Origin: the human T2T-CHM13v2.0 reference genome, Homo sapiens
NCBI RefSeq assembly: GCF_009914755.1
Contig: NC_060928.1
DNA: 64,000 nt
Direction: 5' to 3' (one strand)
In this document: positions 13,336-26,365 of the stretch, piece after piece
How the letters are laid out: every line of letters begins with the position of its first letter
Numbering within the stretch: the first letter of the stretch is position 1
Translations under genes and position numbers: made by a program
Notes under the pieces: generated by a model
What the model was told of the DNA's origin: nothing
The model's input: the letters and a program-made list of their open reading frames with translations, nothing else
Databases searched by the model: none

Positions 13336-13908
13336 CTGAAACAAGCAGACCTGCATCAGCACCTGGGAGATGCGCACCTCGTGGCCAGGCTGCTGCTGCG
13401 GCCTCGCTGCTCCTGACGCCCCCGGGCAAGCGCAGCCTCCGGCAGCTCCACCAGCCACTGCCCACACAGCCGGCCCCCTCACCCTCCGTGGACTCTCAGC
13501 CTGGGTGGACCTAGGAGCATGGACCCAGCCACACGCCCATCAGCCGGTGGCTGGGACTTCCTGAGACAGCTTTCTGACACCTGCCCTGTCTCCAGGTGTC
13601 GGGATGAGTGACTGGGATGCCTGGTGCACAGAGGCCCTGGTTTTCCACGGACACGGCCTTGTGTTGTTCCTGGCATGACCTCAGGGAGCCATGGGAGGCC
13701 AGGCTGGCGCTGACCCTGTCCACTGCTGCGCCTGGAGGTGCTGAGCACAGGCCGCCTGCCTGCCAAGGGGCCCCAGGTCACCCCTGTGAGTCTGTGGCCA
13801 CAGAGAAGGCTGGAGCAGAGGCACCTGTGCCCTGACACACAACAGGGACTCACTGGGCACACAGGGAAGGGCCGGGGCGCGTCCCACAGCCTCATGTGGC
13901 ACGCATAC

Positions 13909-13958
13909 CTGCAATTCTGGATGTGATGTAAGATATGTCCAGGTCACCCTTTGCATAA
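13909..13958 (-). CDS. GAK: GAK exon 12 (YAKGDLDISYITSRIA; start of PTEN-like domain), 50 nt
   Basis: ttccag|TTATGC ... ATTGCAG|gtatgc. Confidence 0.95.
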
Positions 13959-14827
13959 CTGGAATTAAAAAGAAGAGAACTTGGTTATGACAAGAAACAC
14001 TCCGCAGTTAGGTCACAGGGCTTAAGCCAGAGCCCGAGGCCTGGAGAAGCCGTGGGGCTCTCACTGTAGAGGCCGCATCCCAGGAGGAACGTGTGTGTGC
14101 ACAGGCGTGTGGGCAGCTTCCCGGCTGTGTGCGTGCTGTGGAGCTGACCCCTACATCAGAAACGGATGGAAATGACAGCCTGCAGCTGGTGGAGGCATGG
14201 GTGAGACAGGAGAGACATCCGCTGTCTGACTGCCCCTTCCCCTGCGCTCTCCAGGGAGGCACGGCCCAGGAGTGGGCTGGGAGAGGGATGGCAACACCGG
14301 TGGAAGGGGAGGGCTGGAGAGCAAGGGTGGCTTGGACGATGGTCACGGGTCATGCCAGGCTCCACGCGCTGCCCAGGCCTGGTGGTTGTAGCAGTGGGAC
14401 TCCAGCAGACGCCGCTGGAGGCAGAGAGGGCCCCCTGCCCTGAGTGCCTAGAAGCCCCTGCTGTGGCCACAGCCAACTCTCTACAGACCAACTGCCCCCA
14501 ACACTGGGTCCACGGAATCGGTAACACAGAGATCAAAACCCTCAATAACTCTGCAAGGACCCTGACAGGTTTATCCCACAATTCACTGGCAGCAGCAGCT
14601 GTGTAAGAATGGCCAAGCTGTTCTTGTGAGGGAAGGAGCAGAAGGGAGCCTCCCTCCCAGGACAGAGCAGGCCGGAGGCTGCGGGGACCAGAAAGGCTGG
14701 GCTAGGAGCAACCTCAGCTAGGCACATCGCAGAGGTGCTGTCCCCATCAGAGGAAAGCCTGGATAAAGGTCCAGAGAGATGAATGACCCAAATACACACG
14801 ACCGAACCATCGCCTGAAAGTGACCAT

Positions 14828-15100
14828 GCGTTCAAACGTTTTAAAAGCCGTCTAAACCCGCAGAGCAGGTGCTGACATAGGATGCGGGTCTTCTGTGCGT
14901 TCAAACGTTTTAAAAGCCGTCTAAACCCGCAGAGCAGGTGCTGACATAGGATGCGGGTCTTCCGTGCGTTCAAACGTTTTAAAAGCCGTCTAAACCCACC
15001 GAGCAGGTGCTGACTCAGGATGCAGGTCTTCCGTGCGTTCAAACGTTTTAAAAGGCGTCTAAACCCACCAAGCAGGTGCTGACACAGGATGCGGGTCTTC
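14828..15100. repeat. Minisatellite, 69-bp unit x4
   Basis: gcgttcaaacgttttaaaagccgtctaaaccc... at 14828, 14897, 14966 and 15035. Confidence 0.93.
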
Positions 15101-15234
15101 CAAAGCAACAAGGGAAGACGGGGAGGCACGGTGAGCCTGACGCTTGGCCACTTTTGCAGCAAGAGACAAACAGGCCACACAAAGCATGGCTACTGGACCT
15201 ATAATCTAATCACCGGTAGAAAAACAAAAATAGG

Positions 15235-15348
15235 GGCCAGGTGCGGTGGCTCATGCCTGTAATCTCAGCACTTTGGGAGGCCGAGGCAGAGAGATCACCT
15301 GAGGTTGGGAGTTTGAGACCAGCCTGACCAACATGGTGAAACCCCCAC
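15235..15348 (+). mobile_element. Alu left-arm fragment
   Basis: ggccaggtgcggtggctcatgcctgtaatc...gtgaaacccc. Confidence 0.88.
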
Positions 15349-15692
15349 TGCTCCTGTACCACGGCAGGCAGCGGCAAGCACAGCAAGCTGACACGCCTTA
15401 AGCAAAGGTGGGCATTGAGTGCCACAGGATCCACGCACATCTCACCCACCCCAGCAGCCCTGCGGGGGCCCCATGGACCTGGCTGTGTAGGCCTCAGGCA
15501 CGTGTACCACAGGTGTGTGTGTGCTAGGGCTGCACCGGATGCTGACGGGACAGAAACCAGGGCCCAGACACAGGGCTCAGGCCCCGAGGCCCTGGCTTCA
15601 GAACAGCAAGCACCAGGGCAGCCAGGGGCTCATGGCCACCCAGGTCCTGACTCCTGGGCTTGTCCGTGGGGGAGAGCCAGAAGCACAAATGA

Positions 15693-16007
<315 letters not shown>

Positions 16008-16904
16008 TGAGCCTCCAGGCCCAACCAGAACTCACTGTTGCTTCTAAGTCAACTTTACAAACACGAGGTTATGCAGCTTCATCTGCCTCAAGCACGTGAT
16101 GTGAACAGAAGGCAGAGCAAAACAAACAGCAGGGCTGCCCTCAGCTGGAACCTGGGGGTGTCAGGAGGGTTCCCACCATCCCCTAACAAGCAGCAGCTAG
16201 CTGTGCCTGAGTGCCATGCAAGCAGCGCCTGCTCAAGCCAAACTGCGTCCTCCTAGGGCCTGGAACCCATGGGTCCCAGCAGAGCCATTTCTAGAACCAG
16301 CCCCTGCGGCCTTAGGCTTCCAGCAGACAGCAGCTCCCACCATCCCCACAGCTGCTGGGGAGGGAGCGTGGCCTGGAGTCCCCCAGGGAGGACTCTGGAG
16401 CTGTGCCCGGCTCCCTGAACGCCCCACATGCCTCCTCCCTCTGCTGACTCCACTCTGCCTGTCCCCACAATGTGCTGCGGCCATGGAGACCATTTTCACT
16501 GATGCCGAAAGTGACCGTTCCTAGTGACTTTCACTTATGGCTTTGCTGCCGCATCCTCTCTGTCTTGTTTCCACTCTGATCCCAACATCACTCTCACCAA
16601 GATGACGCTGGAGAGTCTCTCACCCCCCTGGGTCCATGGCTAGCCCTGCTGACGCTCCACACGCAGTGTCACCTGTCAGGACCCTGCAGGAGCCACAGCC
16701 CTGGGCCCAGTGGGCGGTGCGCTGGCACCAGACAGACAGAGCTGCCTCTGATCTTCTGTCAGCCACAACTCAGGCAGGAGGCGTCACAGAGGAGGTGCCC
16801 AGAGGTGCGAGTGGGCTCACGTCCTGCTCTGGGGATATGCAGGCCCACTAAGAGCAGGTTTCTTTCCAAAAGGTTGCACAAGGACAAGGCACACAGGTAA
16901 TGGA

Positions 16905-17945
16905 ACCACACAGCCAAACATGCAGCACACACAGAGGCACACAGCTCACACACACAGGCACTCACACAGCACTCCTACACATGCACGCGGCCCACACGCA
17001 CTCACAGGCACACAGCTCACACACACAGGCGCTCGCACAGCACTCCTACACACGCTTACACATACACGCGGCTCACACACATGCATACACATGCACGCGG
17101 CTCAAGCGCACACACGCGTACACATGCACGCGGCTCGCGCACTCACGCGTACACATGCACGCGGCTCACGCGCACTCACGTGTACACATGCACGCGGCTC
17201 ACGCGCACTCACACGTGTACACATGCACGCGGCTCATGCTCACTCACAGGCACTCCTACGCATGCATACATGTGCACACAGCTCAGGCACAGGCACTCGC
17301 GCGCATGTGCACACATGCATGCGGCTCACATGCACTCACAGGCACTCGCACACATGCATACACATGCACGCAGCTCACGCACACAGGCACTTGTGTGCAT
17401 GCGTACACATGCATGTGGCTCACACACACTTGCATGCGTGTGTACACATGCACGCAGCTCACGCACACTCACAGGCACTCCTACTCATGCGTACACATGC
17501 ACGCGGCTCATACAGGCACTCGCGCGCATGCGTACACATGCATGCAGTTCACGTGCACTCACAGGCACTCGCACACGTGTACACATGCACACAGCTCACG
17601 CGCACTCACAAGCACTCCTACACATGCATACACATGCACACACGCATACATGCTCCAACATGCACATGTGCTCATACACGTGCCTGCACACAATACGAGC
17701 ACTCAGCTCACACAAGGATTCACAAGCACAAGGACTCACAAGCACCAGCACACATGCTCATACCAGCAATCACACACGCCTATGCACATACTCACACCAG
17801 CATTTACACACACATGCACACATGTTCACACATATGTATGTTAACACACCCATTCCCTCACATGCACACATGCTCAAAGACACATGCACCCACGCTCACA
17901 TGTGCAGACGCTGCGGTACATGCAGGCACAAGTGCACACACGTCT
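16905..17945. repeat. Degenerate (CA/CATG/CG)-rich simple repeat, ~1 kb
   Basis: cacatgcacgcggctcac... low-complexity alternating purine/pyrimidine sequence. Confidence 0.92.
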
Positions 17946-18755
17946 ACCTGGTGCTGGGGACACAAAACAGTGATCACAGCACAGAACAAAAAACATAAGA
18001 AAAAGCCCGAAGGTGTCGCCAGCTGTGGAAGGAACGTGGGCCCACCAGGGGCCGCAGTTCCTGCATCACGGGCACCAGTCCAGCCCAGCTCCTAGGCTGT
18101 TTCCTGACATAGCCGACGCCCTTGAGCTGGTGCGACCGCAGGGCCAGATGAGCAGCCAGCGTGCTCCTGGGCGTTCAGCTCCTCAGAAGAGCCAGCGCAT
18201 GGACCCCGCAACGCAGAGGGGCCGCACTCTGGAACATTCCCAGTGTTCCGTGAGCAGAGGCTGCCGGGCCTGTGGGCCGATGTCGGGGCCACCCCCGCAC
18301 AGACGCGCCCTTGGACAGCCCACCCAGAGGGAGACTTTCTCCCACCACAGGCTGGGACTCACCTGGTCTAAGTCTGAGTAACTAGGGCTTTAACTCAAGG
18401 ACTGGCTCAGTGAGGCGCCACCACCGAGGTTTCACCCAATTTACAGAGTCCCGGGAACAACCCAGGAACGCCCCAGAGTGAGGGGCGACATTGCAGCAAG
18501 GGAGGGGAGGGCCCAGGCATCTCCCCAGCAGGGCCTTGCCCCCCAGGCGATGAAAGGAAAGGGATCTGCCTGGCTCTGTGGGATGCTGGGCTCATTCCGA
18601 CTCCCTGGGAGAAGCGGGTGATGCTGTCCCACTGCCTCAGGGGCCCCTGTGGGGCCTGATGACCAGCTGTTCCACCGCAGCCAGGAAGCAAGGGCCGGGG
18701 CTGCAGCCTGGAACGAGCGTGCGGCAGGTCCAGGGCTCTGGAGCCTCACACTCAC

Positions 18756-18879
18756 TTAGCGACGGACTGGATGACCTTGGAGGAGGTGTCCTTGAGGTTG
18801 GTGAAGAGCCGCTCTGTCCCACCCCGCAGAATGTCCAGGAAGCCGCCATACGGCTGGTCGTACTCCGCCAGCGCCAGGC
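18756..18879 (-). CDS. GAK: GAK exon 11 (LALAEYDQPYGGFLDILRGG...VIQSVA-N), 124 nt
   Basis: cctgcag|GCCTG ... GCTAA|gtgagt. Confidence 0.95.
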
Positions 18880-18902
18880 CTGCAGGGAGACACAGTCTCA
18901 GC

Positions 18903-19035
18903 AGGCCCCAGGTGCTCGGTCCCACCTCCCCAGGTGCGGGTTGCTGGCTGGGCCCAGGCCCCAGGTGCTTGGTCCCACCTCCCCAGGCGCTCGGTCCCAC
19001 CTCCCCAGGTGCAGGTTGCTGGCTGGGCCCAGGCA
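18903..19035. repeat. Short tandem repeat cluster just upstream of the exon 11 acceptor
   Basis: ccaggtgctcggtcccacctccccaggtgc.ggttgctggctgggcccaggc repeated. Confidence 0.8.
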
Positions 19036-20439
19036 GCAGGAGCAGGGAGTGGGTGGTATGGCCAGGCCCCTGACCCACACGTACCCAGCGGGAAGCCAGG
19101 CCTCAGCACTGGCAGGTCTACCCTGTCCTCAGCCTTTCCAGAGACCCAGGAAATGGTCAATCTGGGTGCGGAAGGGCTATGTGGCCGCCTCAGCACAGCT
19201 GGGGCTGGGACTCTGTCTGTGGGGATAGTCCGGCCTCACGGCCACAGCTTCAGGCCACCATGACCCTGGACGTGAAGGCAGAGTGGTGGCCCCTGGCCTG
19301 GTGGGTCCTGCGAGTGAGGTCTTCACAGGCGGCTTTGGTGGCACAAGTGGTGTTAAAAAAAAACACCTGGCCAAAGTCCCTCATGCAGACAGGAGACCGA
19401 GGCCCAGGCAGCACCGAGCAGATGGGGGCACTGCAGAACCCAGCAGCTCGAGGACTCACCCTTCCTCCAGCCAGCAGAGACCCAGCCAGCCACTACACCT
19501 GCATGTGTGGGACCCACACTGCACGGACCGGGGTGCCCCAGACATGGAGCTGAGCTCCTCCCTGGGAAGCGGAGGTGAAGGACCCAGGTGAAACCTCCCA
19601 CACCGCAGTGGGGATGCGGGGCGAGGTCGGGAGGGGTCAGCGCCATGCAGAGCTGCAGACCCAGCCGCTGCCTGTCAGGGCCATGTCCTCGACGGCTCAC
19701 CCGGAACCTTCTGGAACACTCCCGGCACGGAGTTCCAAGAGCATGCAGCGTCTGTCTCCAGGGCCCTCTCCACTCCTCACCAGCTGAGGGCCCTCCAGGG
19801 ACACCCAGGCCCATCACAGGTGCCCACTCCTCATGCGGCAGAAGGGGCCACCTCACACTAGCGGCAGAACTGTCTTCCCCCACCGCCCTCCACTGTCCAA
19901 TGCCTGCTCCTGCCCCCTGGCCTCAGGGTCGCTACTGTAGTAAATGGTTCACCTTGCCCACAGCAGGCCTGGCCCTTCATTCCCAGCTCCTGGGAAGGAA
20001 CCTGGGATGCCCCCTCCAGCCCCAAAAGGGGTGTCTGTTTCCCTGGGGCCTTGGGCTGTGCCAGACACGACAATGTGATCTATGCTGGGGTCTTGGCCAC
20101 GGCGCAGGCTGCCTCCCACATAACCCCTGAGCGAGGCCGCCTGGTCACTCGGGCCCGGTCTCCTGGGCCCTGCCCTGAAGCCTCTTCCCTTGGCTGGCTT
20201 TAGTCCGAATCCTGACCCCCTCCTGAACTGCACCAAGACACCAGCTTTGCTGAGCTCTGTGAGCCCCAGGGAACTGCCGAACCTGAGGGTGTGCTCAGGG
20301 ACCCTGACCTCACAGTCATCTCTGGTGGGAGAGGAGGCCCCGGGAGAGAAGGACCCCAGACTCCATCCCAATGTGCTGCGGGTGCCCGGGGTGCAGCAGG
20401 AGCGAGGGACAGGTGGCGGGCACAGGACAGGGCACTCAC

Positions 20440-20530
20440 CTCCACTGTAGCCACTGCCAGCGGGGCCCACGGGAGGGGGTGGCCCTCGGGACAGTGTGGC
20501 GCTCCCGTAGCCTCCATTCTGCTCCAGGAG
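20440..20530 (-). CDS. GAK: GAK exon 10 (LLEQNGGYGSATLSRGPPPPVGPAGSGYSG-G), 91 nt
   Basis: tcacag|CTCCTG ... AGTGGAG|gtgagt. Confidence 0.95.
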
Positions 20531-20853
20531 CTGTGACAATGAAAATGCAGAGGTCAGTTCTCTAAACTGACAACTCACGCCTGCCCACGTCGGGGAGAGG
20601 TACGGTATGGGTGCCCTCAGAGCCCATCCTTCTGCCCCCTGATCTATGACACAGTGCAAGGGAGGAACTTCCCACAGGCTGAAGCATCAGCTGGAACTCA
20701 ACAAACGCACGCAGCCCTCATCCCCTCACCCCGCGGCCTGCCTCGCTTGGGGCTGTTGCAGGTGCTCAGCACTCCAGCCCAGCTTTTCAGACTCTTGGGC
20801 TACAGCTTCTGTTCCTTTTCCTTTTCTCTCTCTTCCCAGTCTGTCCAACCAAC

Positions 20854-21265
20854 ATTTTTTTTTTTTTTTTTTGGTAGAGACAGAGTCTTGCTCTGTGACC
20901 CAGGCTGCAGTGCTGGAGGGCTGTGGCACGATCTCAGCTCACCGCAACCTCCGCCTCATGAGTTCAAGCAATTCTCCTGCCTCAGCCTCCCAGAGTAGCT
21001 GGGACTACAGGCATGCGCCACCACGCCTGGCTAATTTGTTTTGTATTTTAGTAGAGATGGGGTTTCACCACGTTGCCCAGGCTGGTCTTGAACTCCTGAG
21101 CTGAGGCAATTCGCCTGCCTCGGCTTCCCAAAGTGCTAGGATTACAGGCGTGAGCCACTGCACCCAGGCTTTTTTTCTTTTTTTTTTTTTTGAAACGGAG
21201 TCTCACTCTGTCTCCCAGGCTGGAGTGCAGTGGCATGATCTGGGCTCACTGCAGCCTCCACCTCG
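20854..21265 (-). mobile_element. Full Alu (20854-21170) plus adjacent Alu fragment (21171-21265)
   Basis: Two poly-T tracts, each followed by Alu antisense sequence. Confidence 0.9.
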
Positions 21266-22957
21266 CATGCCCAACCATATTAAGCAGACACATGGCCTGT
21301 CTGTCCCAGGATGTTCCATCATTTCAGCTCCTGGGTTCTGGGGGCCACCCTGTGAGGCTCACTACCTCCTGGGGGCAGTATTTTATTTCATTGTGAACTC
21401 AGCTCCATCATGGACTGTGTTTTCTGGGGGAGTCGGTTGGCTTAAGCAGGGGTCTAACGTCTGTCCCCACGGGGTCCCGGCCTAGAAGCACTCAGATGAG
21501 AAGCACTGAGGACCCCGCCCCATCACTAGGGGCCTGATTCTGCCCATCTGCCCAGCGGCACCTCCTCCCGCCCCATCAAGAATCCCTCCAGCGCACTCGA
21601 CAAAGCAAGAGGCCCACACCCCCCTGCGAGCCCACTGTCCTCTGTGACCTCCGGGGGAGTGGGCAGGCATTTTCTGTAAAGAGCCACCAAGCGAGGGGGA
21701 CACGAGGCCCAGGCTGCTAAAGAGCAGGACGGCCCAGGAGTGATCCCTTCCTGCCGCTCTCTGACAGCCCCAGGGAAGCTTGCTGAGAGGCCACCAGTGA
21801 CATCAACTCTCCCGCCTCAGAGCGCCCCACACCTCAAAATGCTTCCAGCACCCAGCACCAGGGCTCCCTCTGCTGGTGCACCCACCATGATGGCCGCCAG
21901 AGAGGGGCACCACAGCCTCTCCCCGTCTGCACTGGGCTTCCCAGCACTCCCCTGCTCCCAGGTCTCTGTACCCACGCGGCCCCCAAGGAACTGCAAACCC
22001 TCCACACAGCCCAAACCTTCCTTGTCCCACAGGGTCCTGTCCTCAGACAGGGACTCCAGGCAGCAGCTCTGACCTTCTCCCCACGCTCCACACCCACCGC
22101 CTGGGTCAGCTCCACTGCAGTGGCCCCTGGAAGTTCCGGCTTCCAGCTACCAGGGAGTGGAAACGACCCAAGGGCTGAAAAGGGGACAAAATGCAGGAGC
22201 CAAGAGTCCTGGGTCCTTGGACACAGACCCCTGCGAGATCTGCAGAGGGGCCCTGCGTGTCCTGACTGGGCCCTGAGCTGGGATGCCCAGGGGCCTCCCT
22301 GCTCCCCGTGGGTGAGGGCCGGGCCGCGTGTCTGCTCTGCCTCGAGGATCTGGTGATGGAGATGCTGCACCCTGTCCACGGCTGGGTCAGAAAAGACTCT
22401 GAGGAAAGCATCTTCCAGCCAACACGTGCTGCTCCCTCCCAGGCCTCACACTTCCACAAAGCACACGGCCCTGTGGGCCTCAGTCTCCCAGCCCCCAGGC
22501 CCTGATGCTGCCAGCAGCCACCGGTGCCTGGGAGTGGACCCTGGCCAGGCCCAGCCCTGACACAACTGCAACCAGGACGCCCAGAGCTGAGCTGAGGGTC
22601 AGAAACACAGACGCAGAGCAACTCAGGACACCCCAGGACGCCCAGAGCTGAGGGCTGGCTGACCTGGCTTGGACACCAGACCCCAGAAACAAAGACACAG
22701 GAGCAATTCATGCTGTCCTGTCAGGGGAAGAATCTAGAAAGGCGCCTGCAAACCTCAAGGAGGCCAGAGGAGCGCGTGCAGAGTGCGAAGACCTTGGCAA
22801 TGGTCCCAGCATGCCCCCGGGGTCTCGGCCCTGGGCTGCGGTGGTGACCCTGCTCCTGCAGGAGCCCAGGGCCCTCAAGAGCTTGTGGCTCCCCACTGAA
22901 GTGGGCAGAGACCCCCAGGGTGCAGGGTCCGGACGAAGCAGCACAGCCACATGCCAC

Positions 22958-23312
22958 CCTCCTCTCTGTGGGGGGATTTGGGGCTCACATGTGCCTCCCT
23001 CCCCTCTGTGATAGGAAACTTGGGGTTCAGGTGTGCCTCCCGCCCCTCTGTGATAGGAGACTTGGGGTTCACATGTGCCTCCCTCCCCTCTGCGGGGGAT
23101 CTGGGGCTCACGTGTGCCTCCCTCCCCTCTGTGATAGGAGACTTAGGGTTCACGTGTGCCTCCCTCCCTTCTGCAGGGGATCTGGGGCTCACATGTGCCT
23201 CCCTCCCCTCTGCGGGGGATCTGGGGCTCATGTGTGCCTCCTTCACCACTGCGGGGGATTTGGGGCTCACGTGTGCCTCCCTCACCTCTGTGATGGGAGA
23301 CTTGGGGTTCAC
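22958..23312. repeat. VNTR of 39/42-bp units x~8-9, overlapping the exon 9 3' end and donor
   Basis: tggggctcac.tgtgcctccctcccctctg.. repeated; the unit includes the exon codons for NPKSPITE. Confidence 0.93.
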
Positions 23313-23398
23313 GTTGCGGGCGGCCGCGATCTCCTGCAGCTGGTGCACCACCTCGGCGATGGACAGCCGCTCCTCCGGGTTCACCTGCAGCATGGCGC
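23286..23398 (-). CDS. GAK: GAK exon 9 (AMLQVNPEERLSIAEVV...NPKSPITE; end of kinase domain), 113 nt
   Basis: ctgcag|GCGCCATG ... ACAGAG|gtgagg. Confidence 0.96.
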
Positions 23399-23780
23399 CT
23401 GCAGCAGAAGCACAGCGCGCTCGGCCCCACGGTTCCCCAGGCGGGTCAGCACCCCCTGCACTGGCAGAGGTCACAGACCACCAGAGGCCACTCCCTCTAC
23501 ACACATCAGTGACGTCAGAAGCAAGAAGGGAGCGGCAAAGGGAAGAACAAAAACCGAACAAAATGATCAAAAATCACCACTCAGAGCACCGCAAATTCAC
23601 CAGCGGGGTGGGCGGCAGGGGAGCTCTCTGGAAACCCCCCCCAGGGATGTTGTCAAAACTATGGTGACGGGCGGGAGTGGGGCCAGGTGAGCAGTGCCCC
23701 AAGGGGAGCGGGGTCTCCAGAGCCACGCGGGGTCTGTGCTCCAGGGTCCTGCCCCACGCACGCATTCCACCGGGACTTAC

Positions 23781-23916
23781 GGATGAGGCTGTGGAAGACC
23801 GTGTACTGCGTGTCGTGCGGGGGGATCGAGTACTTCCCATTGACTATTCGAAGTTTCGCTCCATCCTCAAAAGGGTGCTGCCGGAAGCACAGCAGGTACA
23901 AGATGCAGCCCAGGGC
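23781..23916 (-). CDS. GAK: GAK exon 8 (ALGCILYLLCFRQHPFEDG...VFHSLI-R), 136 nt
   Basis: ccccgcag|GCCCTG ... CTCATCC|gtaagt. Confidence 0.96.
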
Positions 23917-24362
23917 CTGCGGGGAGAGCAGGGGTGATGCCTAGGCCCACGGGGAGCGCAGGGGTGACGCCTGGGCCTGCGGGGAGAGCAGGGGTGATGC
24001 CCAGGCCCACGGGGAATGCAGGGGTGACATCGGAGCCGTGGGGAGCGCAGGGGTGACACTGGGGACTGCAGGGAACACAGGGGTGATATCGGGAACATGG
24101 GAAATGCAGGGGTGACACCGGGGCCTGCGGGAACAACAGGGGTGACACCCGGGCCGCGGGGAGCGCAGGGGTGACGTTGGGGCCGTGGGGAGCGCAGGGG
24201 TGACGCCTGGGCCTGTGGGGAGTGCAGGGGTGACAACCAGGCCTGCGGGGAATGCAGGGGTGACGTCGGAGCCGTGGGGAGCGCAGGGGTGACTCCTGGG
24301 CCTGCGGGGAGTGCAGGGGTGACTCCCAGGTCTGAGGGGAGAGCAGGGGTGATGCCCGAGCC
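23908..24362. repeat. VNTR of ~30-bp units x~15, overlapping the exon 8 acceptor
   Basis: gggcctgcggggagagcaggggtga.gcc with periodicity 30 (23931, 23961, 23991, 24021...). Confidence 0.93.
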
Positions 24363-24607
24363 CAAGGGGACAAGGGCGTGAGAGGAGCACCGCAGACATG
24401 GTGACTGGCCGAGGGGTGGCTCCTTCCTTGGGGATCCTAGGGGTATAGTCGGTGGTTACACAAACATCACTTGACTGTGCGGAGCTGGCGGCGTGCTTCC
24501 CACGGCACGGGGAGGCCTGGATGCTCCACTTCTATTCACCGCAAAGAACTGTCCAGGTGACAGTGTTAAACGGACTCTAGGCTCTTAAGATTAAAAAGTT
24601 CCGTTCA

Positions 24608-24888
24608 GGCCGGGCGCGGTGGCTCACGCCTGTAATCCCAGCACTTTGGGAGGCCGAGGCGGGTGGATGACAAGGTCAGGAGTTCAAGACCAGCCTGGCC
24701 AACATGGTGAAATCCCGTCTCTACTAAAAATACAAAAATTAGCCAGGCGTGGTGGTGCATGCCTGTAGTCCCAGCTACTCAGGAGGCTGAGGCAAAGAAC
24801 TGCTTGAACCCGGGAGGCAGAGGTTGCAGTGCGCCGAGATCGCGCCACTGCCCTCCAGCCTAGCAACAAAGCGAGACTCTGTCTCAAA

Positions 24889-24923
<35 letters not shown>

Positions 24924-24924
24924 G
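24608..24924 (+). mobile_element. Alu with (AAAT)n tail
   Basis: Full Alu; TSD-like gttcc(g/t)ttca on both sides. Confidence 0.93.
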
Positions 24925-25884
24925 GTTCCTTTCAAAATTCCGGGGTTCCCACACTCATGCACTGAAGATCTATGAGCTGGTGGGACCAGCACAGACCCTG
25001 CTGTGTGCTATGCGAGGGGCAAGGCACCTGTCCTGTCCTTGGCAACAGCAGAGATCCACTTTTCAGAACTGACCCCATATGCAGGGTGTAGGGCACAGGG
25101 CAGAAGCTGCAGGAAGCAGCCTCCTCAGTCTGCTCAGGATTTTCGCAGAACTGGCCTTGAACAATCAGCGACTTCTCGTCAATCACCCAATATGTGAGCC
25201 CAGAGAAGGGACTGGTGATTACTTCGGCATCAGGATCTTATCCAGCCAAGAGTAAGAGCTCACACCGGGACCCCAGGCCGAGCAAGAGCCGGCCAGGAGT
25301 GTCCTCGTGCGGGATGTGCAGAGGACCAGTCACCAGGGTGGGCCAAGAACACAGGCAATGACCACACACGTGGCCCCATCCTTCCACACTCCTCAAGGGA
25401 CACAGGGCCTCAGCCTACAGCCCACATACTGTCTCAGCCTGCAGCCCCACGTGCTGTCTCAGCCTTCAGCCCATGTGCTGTGGCTGATGGCACGGCTGAC
25501 CCGGTCCGTAGGCAAATACACTACGGAGGGCCAACTGCCGCACCTGGTGGCTGAATGACGGGGTAAGGGGACGTCAAAAGAACCACAAGGCAGGACACCC
25601 TCCACGCGTGGTCACCCTCGGTCAATGGGGACATGGCCTTGGAGAGATGCAGGGATGAGGGAGGACGCAGGAGACCACCCCAGCCATCAGGCTCAGCCCT
25701 CACTCTGGCCTGGCTCTGAGCGCAGCAAGGCTGGGGTGTGGCAGGGACACTCCTGGGCCAAGGCACTCAGGGCCAGATGCACAACAAGCCATGGACGGGG
25801 CCGAGGGGAGCCTCAGGCAGACCCAGCCGCACAGGACGCCCCCAACTGCTACTCGACTCATCCCTATTAGAAGTAGTCAAGGTT

Positions 25885-26214
<330 letters not shown>

Positions 26215-26365
26215 TTAAGGAAAGGAAAAAGAAAAGGGGACGGGAGGGGAAGAGGGGGTGGAGGAGGCAGGCCAGTTCCGAGTGGCAGGTGCCCGGCCCA
26301 CGCCGCCTCAGGTTAAGTAGGGCGCACGGAGCCAGGCACTGCCACTGAGAGGCGCCAGACCTCAC

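Noticed and set aside
16900-18095. His/Thr-rich ORFs of 305-391 aa
   Set aside because: These are translations of the CA-rich simple repeat.
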